Assembly: GCA_030324005.1 (NCBI GenBank)
Contig: JARDVH010000084.1
Span: 92,031,849-92,095,848 of the forward strand
Origin: Negaprion brevirostris
Taxonomy: Eukaryota
Direction: 5' to 3'
Length of the DNA: 64,000 nt
Part shown: one piece after another, positions 38,072 to 51,104 of the stretch
Numbering within the stretch: position 1 is the first letter of the stretch
How the letters are laid out: each line of letters opens with the position of its first letter
Notes under the pieces: generated by a model
Told to the model about the DNA's origin: nothing
What the model saw: only the letters and a program-made list of their open reading frames with translations
Database searches by the model: none
Position numbers and translations under genes: made by a program

Positions 38072-39852
38072 CTGTTATGGATATATGATCATTCAATTCA
38101 TGTATTATATTTGTATTGAAACAAACATATTAGTTGTGGAATTGTTTCTGACAATCTTCTCGTTACGCATTACTTACTTTTGCAACAATCTCCAGCTTTT
38201 ATCCAGAACCTCGGCCACTGATTATTGCTGGTAAATGTAATAGTTTAACAGTGAAGCTATTTGTTGCGATCAGTGTCTAACTTCCGTCATTCAGAACTGT
38301 GCCCTGTTTGTTTCAGGGACAAACACCCCTACCCTGGTCAGAATGCCGTGAGGTCTTCCTGCACTCGCAATAGTTGAGCAGCTACCCAGGAATGAAAACT
38401 AGGTCAAAACAGCGTCTTCGGACCAAAGCTACAGCGTTTCGAATCTGGATGACTCGTCGGATGACTCCGACGAATGTCCTTCCACAGATGTTGTCAGTTC
38501 TGCTGACATTTTCCAGCGTTTTCTGTTTTAGGTTTTGATTCCAGCAATCGCAACAGTTTGCCTTTATATAACCTAACTTGCTAACTTGAGAGCTTGCTGC
38601 ATTTCAAAGCTTGAGGACCAAACCTGGACTGACTGTTACTTTTACGTTGACCTGCGGCATCTCTGTTCCGTCGAGACGAGTTCCTCGTGTTAATTTCCTT
38701 GCGTCAGTTCAGTATTAATTGAACATATTAAATTAGATAATTTGTTTTAATAATTTTGTGATAAATTGATACGTTTGATGCATTCGCTATGCGACGCAAT
38801 GACGATCATTTGCCTTGGCTCAGGTGGGGTTATAGAATCGTATCTGTTCGCCATAATTCATTTCATTTTAAGCAGCAGTGTGACCTGCCTATGTTGCTTT
38901 TCATCTTTATACTCCCATGTATATAGAGTCCCCACGCCAGATGTCCAGAGTTACACAATTCTGAATTGAACTCATTGATGTAATTTCCATTTAAAGGCTT
39001 CGAAGGGAAAGTGGATGTATTCACAAATGAATATAGGATCAATCAGGTCAGAATTTGTTTTTGCTTCCTGCAGTGCTCCACTTAATGCGCAGATAATAAT
39101 ATTAATCCCTGTCCATTAATTTCAAGTAAACAACCTATCAGTTAGTAAGTTAAGTTATTGCATTCAATCGAACTGATCTACTTGGTGTCTTCTTTGCCAG
39201 TGTTATAAATCGCCCACGTTCTATTGAAAAATAATGAAACACTTTTCAGATCATAATGCATTGTTTTCATGGGGCAGAAGTCCCAGTAATACTCCATGAC
39301 ATAAGGTGTGTACAAATACGTGAAGATGTTTTTTGTACACTTGTGCTGAGGTTAACTTCCGCTTTAGATAGTAATGCAGAGGCAACTGCTTGCAGAGTGC
39401 GGTGGAAATGTTACTGGACATTATTCGAAAACAATAGAGGCAATTAGTTAATTTAACGCCATTAATATCGGTCATAGGAGGAAACAGCCAGCAAAAGAAA
39501 TAAACAGTATGCATCAAATACAATTTGTGGTGTATCTCGCACCCACAGCGCATGCTCGCCCAAAATGGTAGTAAACGATTAATAGAGATGTCTTCCTTTA
39601 CCTTATTTAGTCGTGAAGCCCAAACTACAGTGTTTGATGTTAAACTGCCAATACGGCATTTTATTAACTGTGCATTCCATATTTAAGGAAGCTTGTGATA
39701 TTTTTGGACACAACTTTTATTCGGTTATGTGCTGTGATGGCAAGAGGTATTTGCCAAGCCTTTACCATATTGCTTTATCGAGTACTATTTAACTGTGATT
39801 TAGTATTGTTAATTGGTACAGAAAATGAAACAGTATGAATATTTCTCCTCAC

Positions 39853-39888
39853 CGGTTTCTCTAAGTTCTTTAGATAGGTTTAGCAGGT
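39853..39888 (-). CDS. Microexon, 36-nt type (phase 1-1): DLLNLSKELRET
   Basis: tcttcaatttcag|ACCTGCTAAACCTATCTAAAGAACTTAGAGAAACCG|gtgagg; the other two frames contain stops. Confidence 0.88.
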
Positions 39889-40924
39889 CTGAAATTGAAG
39901 ACCGAAGAGTTCGAACATTTTGTTTGGTAATTTGTGGGTTACCGTTGCCATTTCACTTGTTCCTTTTTTTGTTAGCATTTAATTGGGAACAATAGAGAAC
40001 ATTTTTAATTCATAAGAACAATAATGCAAACCTGTTTACTGAACTATTAGAACTAGAGCACATATATGGTACCACCATAACAATTTACTGTGCCATTCTC
40101 GCTGGTCTACTATTTGGAAGCATCGCCACCACCCCACACCCATCCTCACCCCACCCCACCCACACCCGACATGTGGATGTTTGAGTGATGGACTTTTTAA
40201 AAATTGTTTTTCGACATTTTAATTCAAGCATTTTTTTTCGAATTAAAGGAACAATGATAATCATGAAGCCATTGTTGATAGAATGTCATTTGCTCACTTT
40301 TATCTTCAAGTCAATGCAATTACAGTGATCTGGTTTACCATCCTCAGATAATCTCTGAACTGGTTTAGCAAACTATTTAGTTCAAGAACAAGAAGAGGTT
40401 GACAATGAACGTTGGCCCAGCCAGCGGTGCTCAGGTCCAATAAAAAAAAAACAAGAAACTCAGAGGATGAAAGTAATTCCCGTGTGAAACTTTAGCCATG
40501 GTTCAAAATGATTTTTGAAGGGTGTTTGACGTAGAACCTGCAGTAAAATGTCATTTATACGTGCAAAAAGCATCATTACGTCCGAACACAGCAAATTAGC
40601 AACTGAAAGACGGATCTGTACAAAGCTCACAGGGTTTTCCTCTTTGAGTTGTAAGGAATGTATGATTTANNNNNNNNNNNNNNNNNNNNNNNNNNNNNNN
40701 NNNNNNNNNNNNNNNNNNNNNNNNNNNNNNNNNNNNNNNNNNNNNNNNNNNNNNNNNNNNNNNNNNNNNCTGTTTCCACTCAATAAAATGCATCATTTAT
40801 TTTCTTTGTTTTAACAAGGGCAACGGCACAAATTAAAACCTATGATTATCCTACTATATTACAACCACATATAGCGAATACATTTGGTAGATGATGGAGA
40901 TTGCCACATAGTGGTAGTAGAGTC

Positions 40925-41428
40925 GAAAATAAATGTCAGTAATTTGTTGGCCTGCATTACACTGCATGAAATTTCTGTGAAAATGTCCTATCTGACACGC
41001 TCCAAAGGCTGTTCGGATACTAAGAAGGAACATTTTATCTTGGCCAATGCATCCAACTGGCACATCTTTCTGACTGTGGGAAGAAACTGGAACATCCAGA
41101 GGAAATAAACTCAGACATTGTGACAACGAGCAAATTCCACACAGGCAATGACCCAAGCCTGGAATTGAAACTCCCTCATGGCACTGTCAGGCAGCAGTGT
41201 TATGCACGCACCGTACCGTGCCGCTCCAGAATTTGGCATGGCCAATGCACCTAACCAGATTGTCTTTATGATTTTGGCAGGGAACTGGAGCACCTGGGGT
41301 GAACCCATGCAGGCATGGGGTGAGTAGGCAAACACTGTACAGGTGGTGATTCAAGAAGGGAATGGAACCCGGGCCCCTGACACTTTGGGGCACCAGTGCT
41401 AACCACTGTGCCACAGCGGCGCCCCGAC
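40925..41428 (-). mobile_element. Two tandem tRNA-derived V-SINE-like SINEs
   Basis: Two heads on the minus strand (near 41425 GGGGCGCCGCTGTGGCACAGTGGTTAGCAC, and near 41224), each followed by a V core. Confidence 0.85.
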
Positions 41429-41461
41429 AATGCAACTAAAGTAGTCGGGTTGTGGAACTAG

Positions 41462-41489
41462 CTTCATTAGTTTGCGTTTTTCTTTAATT
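41462..41489 (-). pseudogene. Decayed or stop-containing type B exon: ELKKNAN*
   Basis: aatctgtag|AATTAAAGAAAAACGCAAACTAATGAAG|ctagtt, 157 nt after the type A exon; 28 nt rather than 27, and CT where GT is expected. Confidence 0.45.
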
Positions 41490-41646
41490 CTACAGATTCG
41501 ATAATTCAGTTAGGGTGGATCATGCAATCTCCGAACAGCACATTTTATTCTTGGTACACACAAACTCTTATCCTACAAGTGCAACAACTGAAAAAAAAAA
41601 ACACATGGGAAATATTAAAAAAGAGAACATGGTGTTGAGCACAGAC

Positions 41647-41673
41647 CTGGTGTTTGTAATTGTAGTCGTTTTT
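41647..41673 (-). CDS. Microexon, type A (27 nt, phase 1-1): EKRLQLQTP
   Basis: caattgttttag|AAAAACGACTACAATTACAAACACCAG|gtctgt. Confidence 0.7.
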
Positions 41674-41756
41674 CTAAAACAATTGAATATCACGAAAATT
41701 ATCAGGAGACAAGAACAACCCTGTACAATGTTGAGAAAACAAGAATAAAATTAGGC

Positions 41757-42350
41757 TATAAGACCGTAAGACATAAGAGCAGAAATAGGCCATTGGGCCA
41801 GTTGAGTCTGCTCCACCACTCAATCATTGCTATATTTTTCTCATCCCATTCTCCTTCCTTTTCTGCATAACCCTAAATCCCCTTATTAATTAAGACCCTA
41901 ACTATCTCTGTCATAAAGACACTCAATGACCGGATCCTCACAGCCTTCTGCTGTTCCTCAGATTCACCACTCTCTGGCTGAAGAAATTCCTCATCTCTGT
42001 TTTAAAGGGTTATCCCTTTAGCTTGAGGTTGTGCCTTCTGGTTCTAGCATTCCCTATAAGTGGAAATATCCTTTTCATGTCGATTCTATCCTGCTCATAT
42101 AATATTCCATAAGTTGCAATACGATCGCCCTTCATCCTTCCAAACTCTAATGAGTACAGACTCAGAATCCTCAAACTTCCTCACGCCAATAGCTCTTCGT
42201 TCCAGGGATCATTCCTTTGAACCTCCTTTGGACCCTTTCCAAGACCAGCTCATCCTTCCTTGGATATGGGCCCCAAACTACTCACAATACTCCAAACAAT
42301 GTCTGGCCAGAGCATTAGACAGCCTCGGAAGTATAACCTTGTTCTAATAT
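41757..42350 (-). mobile_element. CR1 LINE 3' end with (taagac)n tail
   Basis: Tail ataagaccgtaagacataagagcagaaataggccatt, followed by the reverse-complement RT C-terminus. Confidence 0.85.
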
Positions 42351-42783
42351 TCCAGTTGATGCTCTCAATGTCATCAAATTAAAAAGAAAATGAAAACGTT
42401 TAAAGTATGAATTAAATAGCTTATTGGCCATCAAATGAAGTATTTTATTATCCTACAACCTCGTACGAAATGACTACAGTCTACGCTTAACCGAATGAAT
42501 TTGGCTGCGTTATCTGAAAAAAAAAACTGCTTATGGAAGTTAAGTGATAATTGTTCAGCGATTTGACCGTTCTTTGAAGTATAGACTGATCTTCGGATCT
42601 TTTGGAAATTGACAACGTTATATTTATTTTTCCTTTTGATCCTTTGGATTGTCAAAATATGTTTGATTCGCATAAGCATCAGCGTAGTGCAGCGCAGAAC
42701 AAAACAGGCGTATATTAACTAAAATGTATGGCTTTTGTTTGGCTGTCAATTCTTTGAACACTGACCTAAATCCTATTCCTTAC

Positions 42784-42819
42784 CGCACAGTTCCAGACTC
42801 TCAGTCAGTTTTTCTATTT
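42784..42819 (-). CDS. Microexon, 36-nt type (phase 1-1): EIEKLTESLELC
   Basis: ctttttctttccag|AAATAGAAAAACTGACTGAGAGTCTGGAACTGTGCG|gtaagg; both other frames are closed. Confidence 0.85.
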
Positions 42820-45031
42820 CTGGAAAGAAAAAGTGCATAATCGAAAACAATTTGGATTATTTTGTGACGTCTCCAATCATTGGCTTGGTAAATTGCTCTT
42901 CAGTGATAATGCCTGCCTTCAATATTATAATTTACGAAATGCTGAGGGCACGATTCTTCTACGTGACAGAGTTACAACATAATGTGAGGAATAACATAAA
43001 GGCAAAATAATGTGAACTTTAAAATGCTATTACTTCTATTCGCAAAACAAAACTAAAAAAAAAAACTTTTGTACTTGGTTACTGCATTTGTTATTTCAGA
43101 ATTAGTTTGGCAAGAATCTGCAATTAGATTGGCCACTACATAACGCTTTTCAACATTTTTGACTCAACACTATGCTTTAATTGAATTCATAAAGATGCTT
43201 TACAGAGTCATGTTTTAAGCACTAAATATTTTTATGCATCGAGGTTTGATGCACACTCTGGTCAATATTTTCATACTTTTTGTTTACACATTTGTTACAT
43301 GTAGTCGTAATGTTAAATGTCCGTATTAGGGGTACAGCTTGAAAAAAAAAGTGATATTCTGTCCTTTGTTTTGAATTAAAGCAATTCATTTTAAGAACCA
43401 CAAGAGATCACCTAAAGTCCTCGCTATAAAGATTCTAATTGATTAGGATCCTACAACAATTATGATCGTCTTAAACGTTGCCTCTAAATTATTTGGCCAA
43501 GATGGCATACTTCCCGATCCTGAATAAGTGGGTCAAGGAGATGTTCTGAAAATGTTTTGCCTCAGTACAAACAATGTAAAGCAAGAAACAAAACTGAATC
43601 ACAGGGTGGCCCACAAAGTAGTTAAAAACTTAGAGCTGCTGCCAGTGGACAATGGGAAACGGCATCAACCGAAAATAGTCTCCCACGATAAATCAATTAG
43701 AAACTGATCATGGTCAGTTTGGCCAATCACAGACTTATCACGTACCCAAGGTCCCATTAAGAATTAATCTAATGTAGATCAATCTGAATGCAATTGACAT
43801 AACTGTTAATTCTGTGTTTTGCATATTTTAATGGGATTATAAGCAAGTGCTTCCACTGAAAACTTCCACCTCAAGTTTGAAAATTATATTCTTTTGTCGT
43901 GTTTTCTGTCCAAAGGGTAGCAGATATTACTGGGAGATAACAGAGGCTGAGTGGTAATCCAAGTTCAAAGCTGCACCGAGAAGCATGAGTTAACCCGTCC
44001 AGCCCTTTCTTTGTTCAGTGTAGATTTGTAACTTACTCTTCTTAAAGTAAATGTCTTAAGTAAATTGGCCAAACCGTTTCCTGATGGCTAAATGATCATT
44101 GACTAAAATGAAGATGATTAGAATTTATGTTCAATGTATGTTCAAAACTGTGAGCCAAGACAACTGAGATTTAACGATTCTATGATGAATCAGCCAGGCG
44201 AACAGGATAATTGGGGAAGGGAAACCCAATGGTTGCAGCTTCATTGTTACCCTGTCAGCGATTACTGACAGTGCTGACAATGCATCAAACAAAACATCTT
44301 CCTTCTCTCCAGTGCGAGAGGCTTGAAAAATTGTCTCGCAAAAATCTGCAAATACTGCTTTAAGATAAAGTAATTATGCTCGTCAGAAGCTGGGAGAAGT
44401 GTCAAGCATTCAAAAGGCAGTTCTTCCGTTTGCTAATTGAGGATGTTACCATCCTTGGAGTGTTAAGGACAATGTGAAAAAAAAAGAGTATTTAGAGGGA
44501 TAAAAAGAGAAGAGGAGGGTGTGGATGCTGTAAGGAGGCCAACGGTTCGGGGCGGAGGGATGAGGGGGGTCGGTGGGAGGATGGGTGAGAGGACGCGGGT
44601 GGGAGAGGGGGAAGATTATTCCTGATTTTCTTCCAGAGGTGCATCACTATTTGNNNNNNNNNNNNNNNNNNNNNNNNNNNNNNNNNNNNNNNNNNNNNNN
44701 NNNNNNNNNNNNNNNNNNNNNNNNNNNNNNNNNNNNNNNNNNNNNNNNNNNNNCACAGTCATTCGCAACTCGAACACTGACAGCTATGCAAAAGTACTGT
44801 GTTTCTTGTCAGGTAGTGATTCAATTGAAATTCGGTTACTGGAGTGACACGAAATGATTCTAACCTCCAGATGGGAGGCTTTACCTGTCCCGTTCCATCA
44901 CCTGAACATTCTGATATCACTGATTAGCTAGTAATTCCGCGGACGTACACTCTGAATTACGGAGCAACCTTTTGATTTTAGTCGAGGTTGTATGTGGCTA
45001 GTTCCAGGAAAAGATAGTGATTGTAACTTCC

Positions 45032-46800
45032 GGCCCGAAATCCCTGGTTACGGTCGCAAAGCGGCGGACATGCGCATGGGACATCACAGAGGAAAATGCA
45101 TGCGCATATACACTGCAAGCGCGCTTTTAAAAAAACCTCCAATACGGGTCCTGTTGGGACAGCGCTGAGATGAATCAGCTCAACATGCTTTATAGAATCA
45201 GCACAAATGAGGTCTGCTTTCCCCCACGTTAAGTGCGTTGTTACGTGGATTTTGTTTTTACACTTTTTTTTTCTGGTCTCGAATCCGTACGCGGAGAAGC
45301 AGGAAATTCCCCTCGGAATAGTTTTGAGGTTGGTATGTTTAACAACATTTTAATTGATGTACTGCAGTGTATGTTAATACTGACACGCCTCAGTTGTGAA
45401 TTAACAAAATCAATTTGTTTTATGTTCCTTTGTGTGACATTATAATCTTCAGGAGCGAAACACATAAATCATTTAATAATGCAGTTTATATCAATTGTTA
45501 CAGGGCTATGTGATTACTTTTAATACCTTGGAAAGGTTTACTATCTTAGTTGATTTATGCAAGTCTCTGTAAGCTGATGGGAACTATTTCTCTGACACAT
45601 ATTTAAAATCCTGAGCAGATTGTAAATCTGGGGCCATGTCCAACAAACATCCTGGCCTGACACTGTTAGCAATGTTTTTTAAAAAAGCTGTTTTTTTTTT
45701 TAACTTCAGCGCAGGTGCAGACATCATGAACTAAGAATCGGGCTACATCTTCGCCCAGTGAAGACGCCTATCGGTTATCAACATGTGAGAGTGTACAGGA
45801 CATCATATGAAATGATGTCAGAGAAAATATGTGTCAGGAGACTGCGTCTCAGCAAAAAGGCAATGGGACGCATTTGTAAAATGTTAAGCGAAGACCTACA
45901 AACCAAAACTAATGCCTGCACTACCTTAACAGTAGAGATGAAAGCCACAATGGCGCTGGCTTTGTTTTTTTTTTTCACCTTTTGAATCTGAGTCCATTCA
46001 GCCTGGCATGAGTGACGATTTTAACGTTTCACAAAATGCTGCGAGGACCTTCATTCACCAGGTAATAAATTATTTTTTTTTCGTATTTATTCTGAATTCA
46101 TTAATTTTGGCATGTTCCCTGCTAACATGAATGAGCGATCCATCATATTCCAGAGGATTTCTAGCATCACACGGGCAATTGAAGCTCTTGATCAAGCCCA
46201 TATTGCAGTAAAGTCATTAAAAATGATGCTTATTCGTTTATCATCAGGAAGGAATCCTATTTTTAAAAATGACATGGAAGTGTCTCATGCATAAATGGGG
46301 ATCCTCGGTGCAAAGGCAAATGACCGGGGATAAGACCATGACTCATTTCGCTTTTGAGCGTTCACCTTCATACTGGACAATCAACACATTACTTGGAATA
46401 ATAGGATAGTTACGGCGTGATAAGTGATACCCGCCGATAACATGGATTATGTCACCATTCCACAAGACCAACACTGAAGTGCAGGGACGTCGTGACCATG
46501 CTTATATAGCAAAATATTACTATGTGGAGAGGCCAACTGGTGTACTGAAGTCACGTTTTCGATGTCTAGGCAGGCCAAGGGGCACGCTACAGTGTGTACC
46601 AGAGGTAGTACCAAAGATGTTGAAGCGTGTTATGCATTGCACAACTTTGCCTTTGAGGATGGATTGAGCATTCACGTAAAAGATTGCTTGCAACATAAAG
46701 GAAACAGCTGGATGAGGGCAATATGGAGACTGATGGACAAGCTCTAGCTCCAGGTGACGCAAACGCAGCAGCTGCGTTTGGACAAAAAGTTTTTTTAATG
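45032..46800 (+). mobile_element. Decayed Harbinger/PIF DNA transposon; HARBI1-like DDE transposase pseudogene at ~45760-46660
   Basis: In order: RRLRLSKK...ICKMLSEDLQ...LTVEMKATMAL, EALDQAHI (GAIDCTH), PG*DHDSF (PGSxHDS), G*LRRDK*YP...WIMSP (GWLLGDKGYP...WLMTP), ERPTGVLKSRFRCL, ACYALHNFA. A possible left TIR (ggcccgaaat) is at 45032; no right TIR was identified. Confidence 0.9.
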
Positions 46801-48807
46801 TATACTTTATTCATGCAAAAACTCCCTTTTCCTTCCTTGCATCGTATCTCTCATACATTACCATTTCTGCTAATGCATCATAAGTACACATAAAAACAGT
46901 CGATGCGTAGGGTCGTTTTCAGAAAGCGGAGCGTTTTACATCCGTTGATGTTCTCTTCCAAACACATTAAACTACCGACTGCATTTATCCTGAATCAAAA
47001 ATCACGAATCTGCAGTCTGAATGTTCAGTGGGACAAAGAAGTTGATAAAGAAGGGTAGGAGAAACTATGAAGCTGGGCTAGCGCTTGATATAAAAAAGGA
47101 TAGCAAGANNNNNNNNNNNNNNNNNNNNNNNNNNNNNNNNNNNNNNNNNNNNNNNNNNNNNNNNNNNNNNNNNNNNNNNNNNNNNNNNNNNNNNNNNNNN
47201 NNNNNNNNCCTACTCCTGCTTTTATTTCTTATGTTCTTATGTTCCGATGTTCTTATTTACCAACGTGAATTTGCTACGTTCGGACTAATGTCTTGAAAAA
47301 GAAAAAAAGAATCAAAGTGGTGTCCTGTCTCCGAACTCAACTTTTGCTTCAATCCACAAAGACTCCAACATTATGAAGCAAGATTTTTTTTCAAATATCA
47401 GTCCGTAGCATTAATGATCACCGAGCCAATTTTCGGATGTTAGACGGGCAATAACGACAGAATATAGTGGGACATCCTATGTCCCTTCTGTCCTTGAAAC
47501 TGAACTCTATCGTAGAAGAAAACGATCATATCACCTGATATACATGCAACAGAGAAACGAAGAATGTACCAGAGACAAGGTCGAGCGTTAGGAACCAGAT
47601 ATTGGTTGGAAACCATTCTTGAAGTAGGCCAGCAGCTTCGATTAAAAAAACTTAATGTTGGCACTGGTGCAGACGTTGACAATAATAGTGTTTACACTCT
47701 GATAGTAGAGACGGCAATGAATTCAGAGATATACTATCGAATAAACATGGCCTGTTGATATGCACAAATTGACAATATATTAAAGCCTTCTCGATTAATT
47801 CACCAACCAGTTTGTTGATGCTTAAATGCTTAGAAAATCGGATTAGCATGATTAATATTTACCTTTAAATAGTGCCTAGCAAATGCCTAACCATGCTCAA
47901 TTTCTTAATACGTGGGTAAACTTCCAAGCTGTCTGATAGATATTCCCATTCACATGATTGAGAGATACATCACGTGTATTTTACAATTTAAACAGCCTCA
48001 AAGAAATATGTACACTTCTGTTATTTCAATTAAAGACAAATGGGAATGCAGCAATTCAAAAGGCAAAAACACCTCCTTGCAATTCCTAAATTGCAATGCC
48101 CTTTGTCTGAACACTGAATGATAGCGAAGCAATTCCATATTTTCTATCAAACGTTGCAAACAAACGAACTTCCTTTTTATATGCGTTAGTGTGCTTAGTA
48201 CCATAATGAACCACATCCGTTACACACCAATTGGATGCAATATTCCCTGGTGGATACAACAAAACTGTACAAGCTAGCTCAATTTTATTCCACTGAAAAC
48301 ACAGCAGCACGTGGCAATGCAAGTTTCACTATAATGAAAAAAATAATGACCTTCTCGGTCAGATTCCCTCAGCAAGTTGTCCGTCCTTCCCATGATTTAC
48401 TAAGCGGCCATTTACGAGTGCAGAGCGTGAGTATAGCCGAAAAGAGGAGCATGCTAAAGTTACTTTCCATTTTTCTCACATCACGCCAAATTCGTAAGAA
48501 CATCAAATATCAAACGCAACAATGATTTCGGCATGAAAAGACGCGCCGGCTAATTGTCTGACAAGTCGACACTTGTGGACATTAACTGATGCATTCTCAA
48601 TTGCATTGTGATCGAGAATGCACAAACGTACCGAAATCTGACTGCAACTAAGTCCTCGTTCTGTATTAAAAATGGCAGAACTTTCATACCATTGAAAAAA
48701 CAACGAACAACCAATCAAATCCCACTTCCCTGCTGCACACTATGTCATTTTGTATGCTTGCGATATTTTGTTTCACAATGAGGACAAGATAAGCTTTTTG
48801 ACTCGAT

Positions 48808-48934
48808 GGGCAGAATTTTACTGGCACATCCGCCCAAGTTTCGCAGGATCCCCCCCAAGGCCAACGAGAATGCCGTTCTCCGAGCCGAGCTCGCCCCTGG
48901 AATCGGGGCTGGCATGCCGGTAAAATTCCGGCCC
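48808..48934. mobile_element. 127-bp MITE, Harbinger-type TIRs likely
   Basis: Left end GGGCAGAATTTTACTGGCA versus reverse complement of right end GGGCCGGAATTTTACCGGCA; flanked by AT on both sides. Confidence 0.85.
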
Positions 48935-49020
48935 ATGTCTCAAATTTCCAGCAATTTGAATAAGGTACTATGGTGCTATTAGAATATGATATTATTTATA
49001 GCGTAAACAATGGAGGATAC

Positions 49021-49050
49021 CATTTTCAAATATTTGTATTGACATGGAAT
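49021..49050 (-). CDS. Possible B-slot microexon (30 nt, phase 1-1): DSMSIQIFEN
   Basis: atttgtcgatag|ATTCCA...GAAAATG|gtatcc, 153 nt after the 49204 exon. Confidence 0.35.
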
Positions 49051-49203
49051 CTATCGACAAATGACAACTGAAATTATGTTTCTAGCAGTAAACCTGTTTC
49101 ACAGTCTGCGTATTTTCCCGTTCCATTTTCATAGACAAAAGTAAAAATATCTAACAAGCATAATTTTCCATCTTAAAATCTGTAGGATGAAGAGCGGGTT
49201 TAC

Positions 49204-49230
49204 CTAAAGTACTTTCTTTTAATTTCCTTG
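49204..49230 (-). CDS. Microexon, type A (27 nt, phase 1-1): ARKLKESTL
   Basis: cttattctattttgaag|CAAGGAAATTAAAAGAAAGTACTTTAG|gtaaac; ends TTAG|gtaaa like the 1913 exon. Confidence 0.68.
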
Positions 49231-50489
49231 CTTCAAAATAGAATAAGTATACATATATATATATATACATATATATCAAGTTGAAAATATTAATATGTAT
49301 TTTAATAGCGCAATAAAAAATAAACATTTTGGCTTGTTCACTATATGAAAATTTAAGTAAAATATTTGCGATGAAACAAACGAAAACCCATTTGGATAAA
49401 TAAAACGATCCTTGCAATATAAAGGAAAACATACAATTAAAGGCACAACATACCTGTTAATGAACACACCCCAATTGGAATTCATTGGATTTTGAATATA
49501 TGGATATGTTAAACGCTGATTGAACAAGTGATTGTTATACATATTTTTATTGTCAGTAGAACTAATCATTTAATGTTCCATTATATTCATGCAAGGGAAC
49601 TGGGTGAACTTGCAGTTCAGGAAAGAGGCTGCACCATGAGGAAAACAGATGTCAATCTGGGTAGTTGCAAATCATGAACCTTTCAAGATTGCATATATTA
49701 GGAGTGATGGTTCCTCCCAAATGCATTTGCATTAATCGTGTATTTTGTTTGATGATAGGAGGTATCGGACGACTGGAAACAACATCCCTCCCTGGCAGTA
49801 CAACCAATAATTTGAACGTTGCCAAACAACAGTAATAATTTTACGCATGGCTGAGTAGAGACAGGTAAGCTCACCGGGGGGGGGGGGGGGGGGGGGGGNN
49901 NNNNNNNNNNNNNNNNNNNNNNNNNNNNNNNNNNNNNNNNNNNNNNNNNNNNNNNNNNNNNNNNNNNNNNNNNNNNNNNNNNNNNNNNNNNNNNNNNNTC
50001 CGAATGTGGAAAGCTGGACGTGTTTGAATTGTCAGAAACATAATTTCCACCCGTATTTTCTGAATATGTTTCATGAATCTGTGTGGATTGTGGAGGAAAA
50101 ATATTGCAACTCAGAGGACACTAAACACAACAGGCCGTGTGGATACGTAAAGAATTAGTAGTTCAGTTAAGCATCTTTATCTTTCTTTAAATGCCACATT
50201 CAAGCGAAAGAACACAAAAGATAGAGGAATTAGACAAAGAAAAACTAATTTGCAAGAGCAATGGGATAATTGTTTCGGATTTAATGCATGCTGAAAACCT
50301 CTTGCTTTCATGCTCTAGAGTCAGGACCATTGCAATTGTACTAGAACAGAAACCAGTACCTATTTTCAATTTTCAGCAGAGGTCAGGATGGAATTTTCAA
50401 GGCAAATGTCGAAATACAACTTAAGTAACTTAGGAAATTAAAAAAAAGGGGTCGCATTTCAGTTCTCAGAAGCTACTTGAAGATTAAAT

Positions 50490-50720
50490 CAATAATTTTT
50501 CCCAGGTTGGATATGAGAATCACGAGATGTCACGGGCTTAGCGTGAGAAGGGCGAGGTATAATTGTTGGAGGGAGTTTTTTTTTCACACAGAGGATTGTG
50601 GGGGCCTGGAATGCACTGCCAAGTAGCGTGGTGGAGGCAGGCAAGCTAGAGTTGTTTAAGGCTTACCTAGATAGGAACATGAGCAGACTAGGGATGCAGG
50701 GATACAAATAAATATTCTGG
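50490..50720 (+). mobile_element. CR1 LINE 3' part
   Basis: ttcacacagaggattgtgggggcctggaatgcactgcca encodes FTQRIVGAWNALP. Confidence 0.8.
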
Positions 50721-51104
50721 TTAAGGATCAAGAGCCTCAGGACGTTCCTGGGAATCAATAGATTCCTATGGGCCATATTCTATGGCTCACCTATCTCTTA
50801 CGTTGGAGCTACTGGGTATATTCCGTGAATGTGTGTATATGCTGTGCATGTTCATTGATGTCTCTTTTTTTACATTCACACGTGTTTCGGTCCGCCATGT
50901 TGGCCAACAAGGGGCATACACGCGGTAGGTCGTGCGAGGGCTGCTCTTGGATGTTGCTTCGAGAGTTGCCTAGTGCTTCACGTCGTTAGTGTACGCTTAA
51001 ACTGNNNNNNNNNNNNNNNNNNNNNNNNNNNNNNNNNNNNNNNNNNNNNNNNNNNNNNNNNNNNNNNNNNNNNNNNNNNNNNNNNNNNNNNNNNNNNNNN
51101 NNNN

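Noticed and set aside
39766-39792. 27-nt AG...GT window after the 39853 exon
   Set aside because: Stops in all three frames and only a 60-nt intron.
40339-40359. 21-nt exon candidate (QRLSED)
   Set aside because: Falls inside a decayed interspersed repeat tail.
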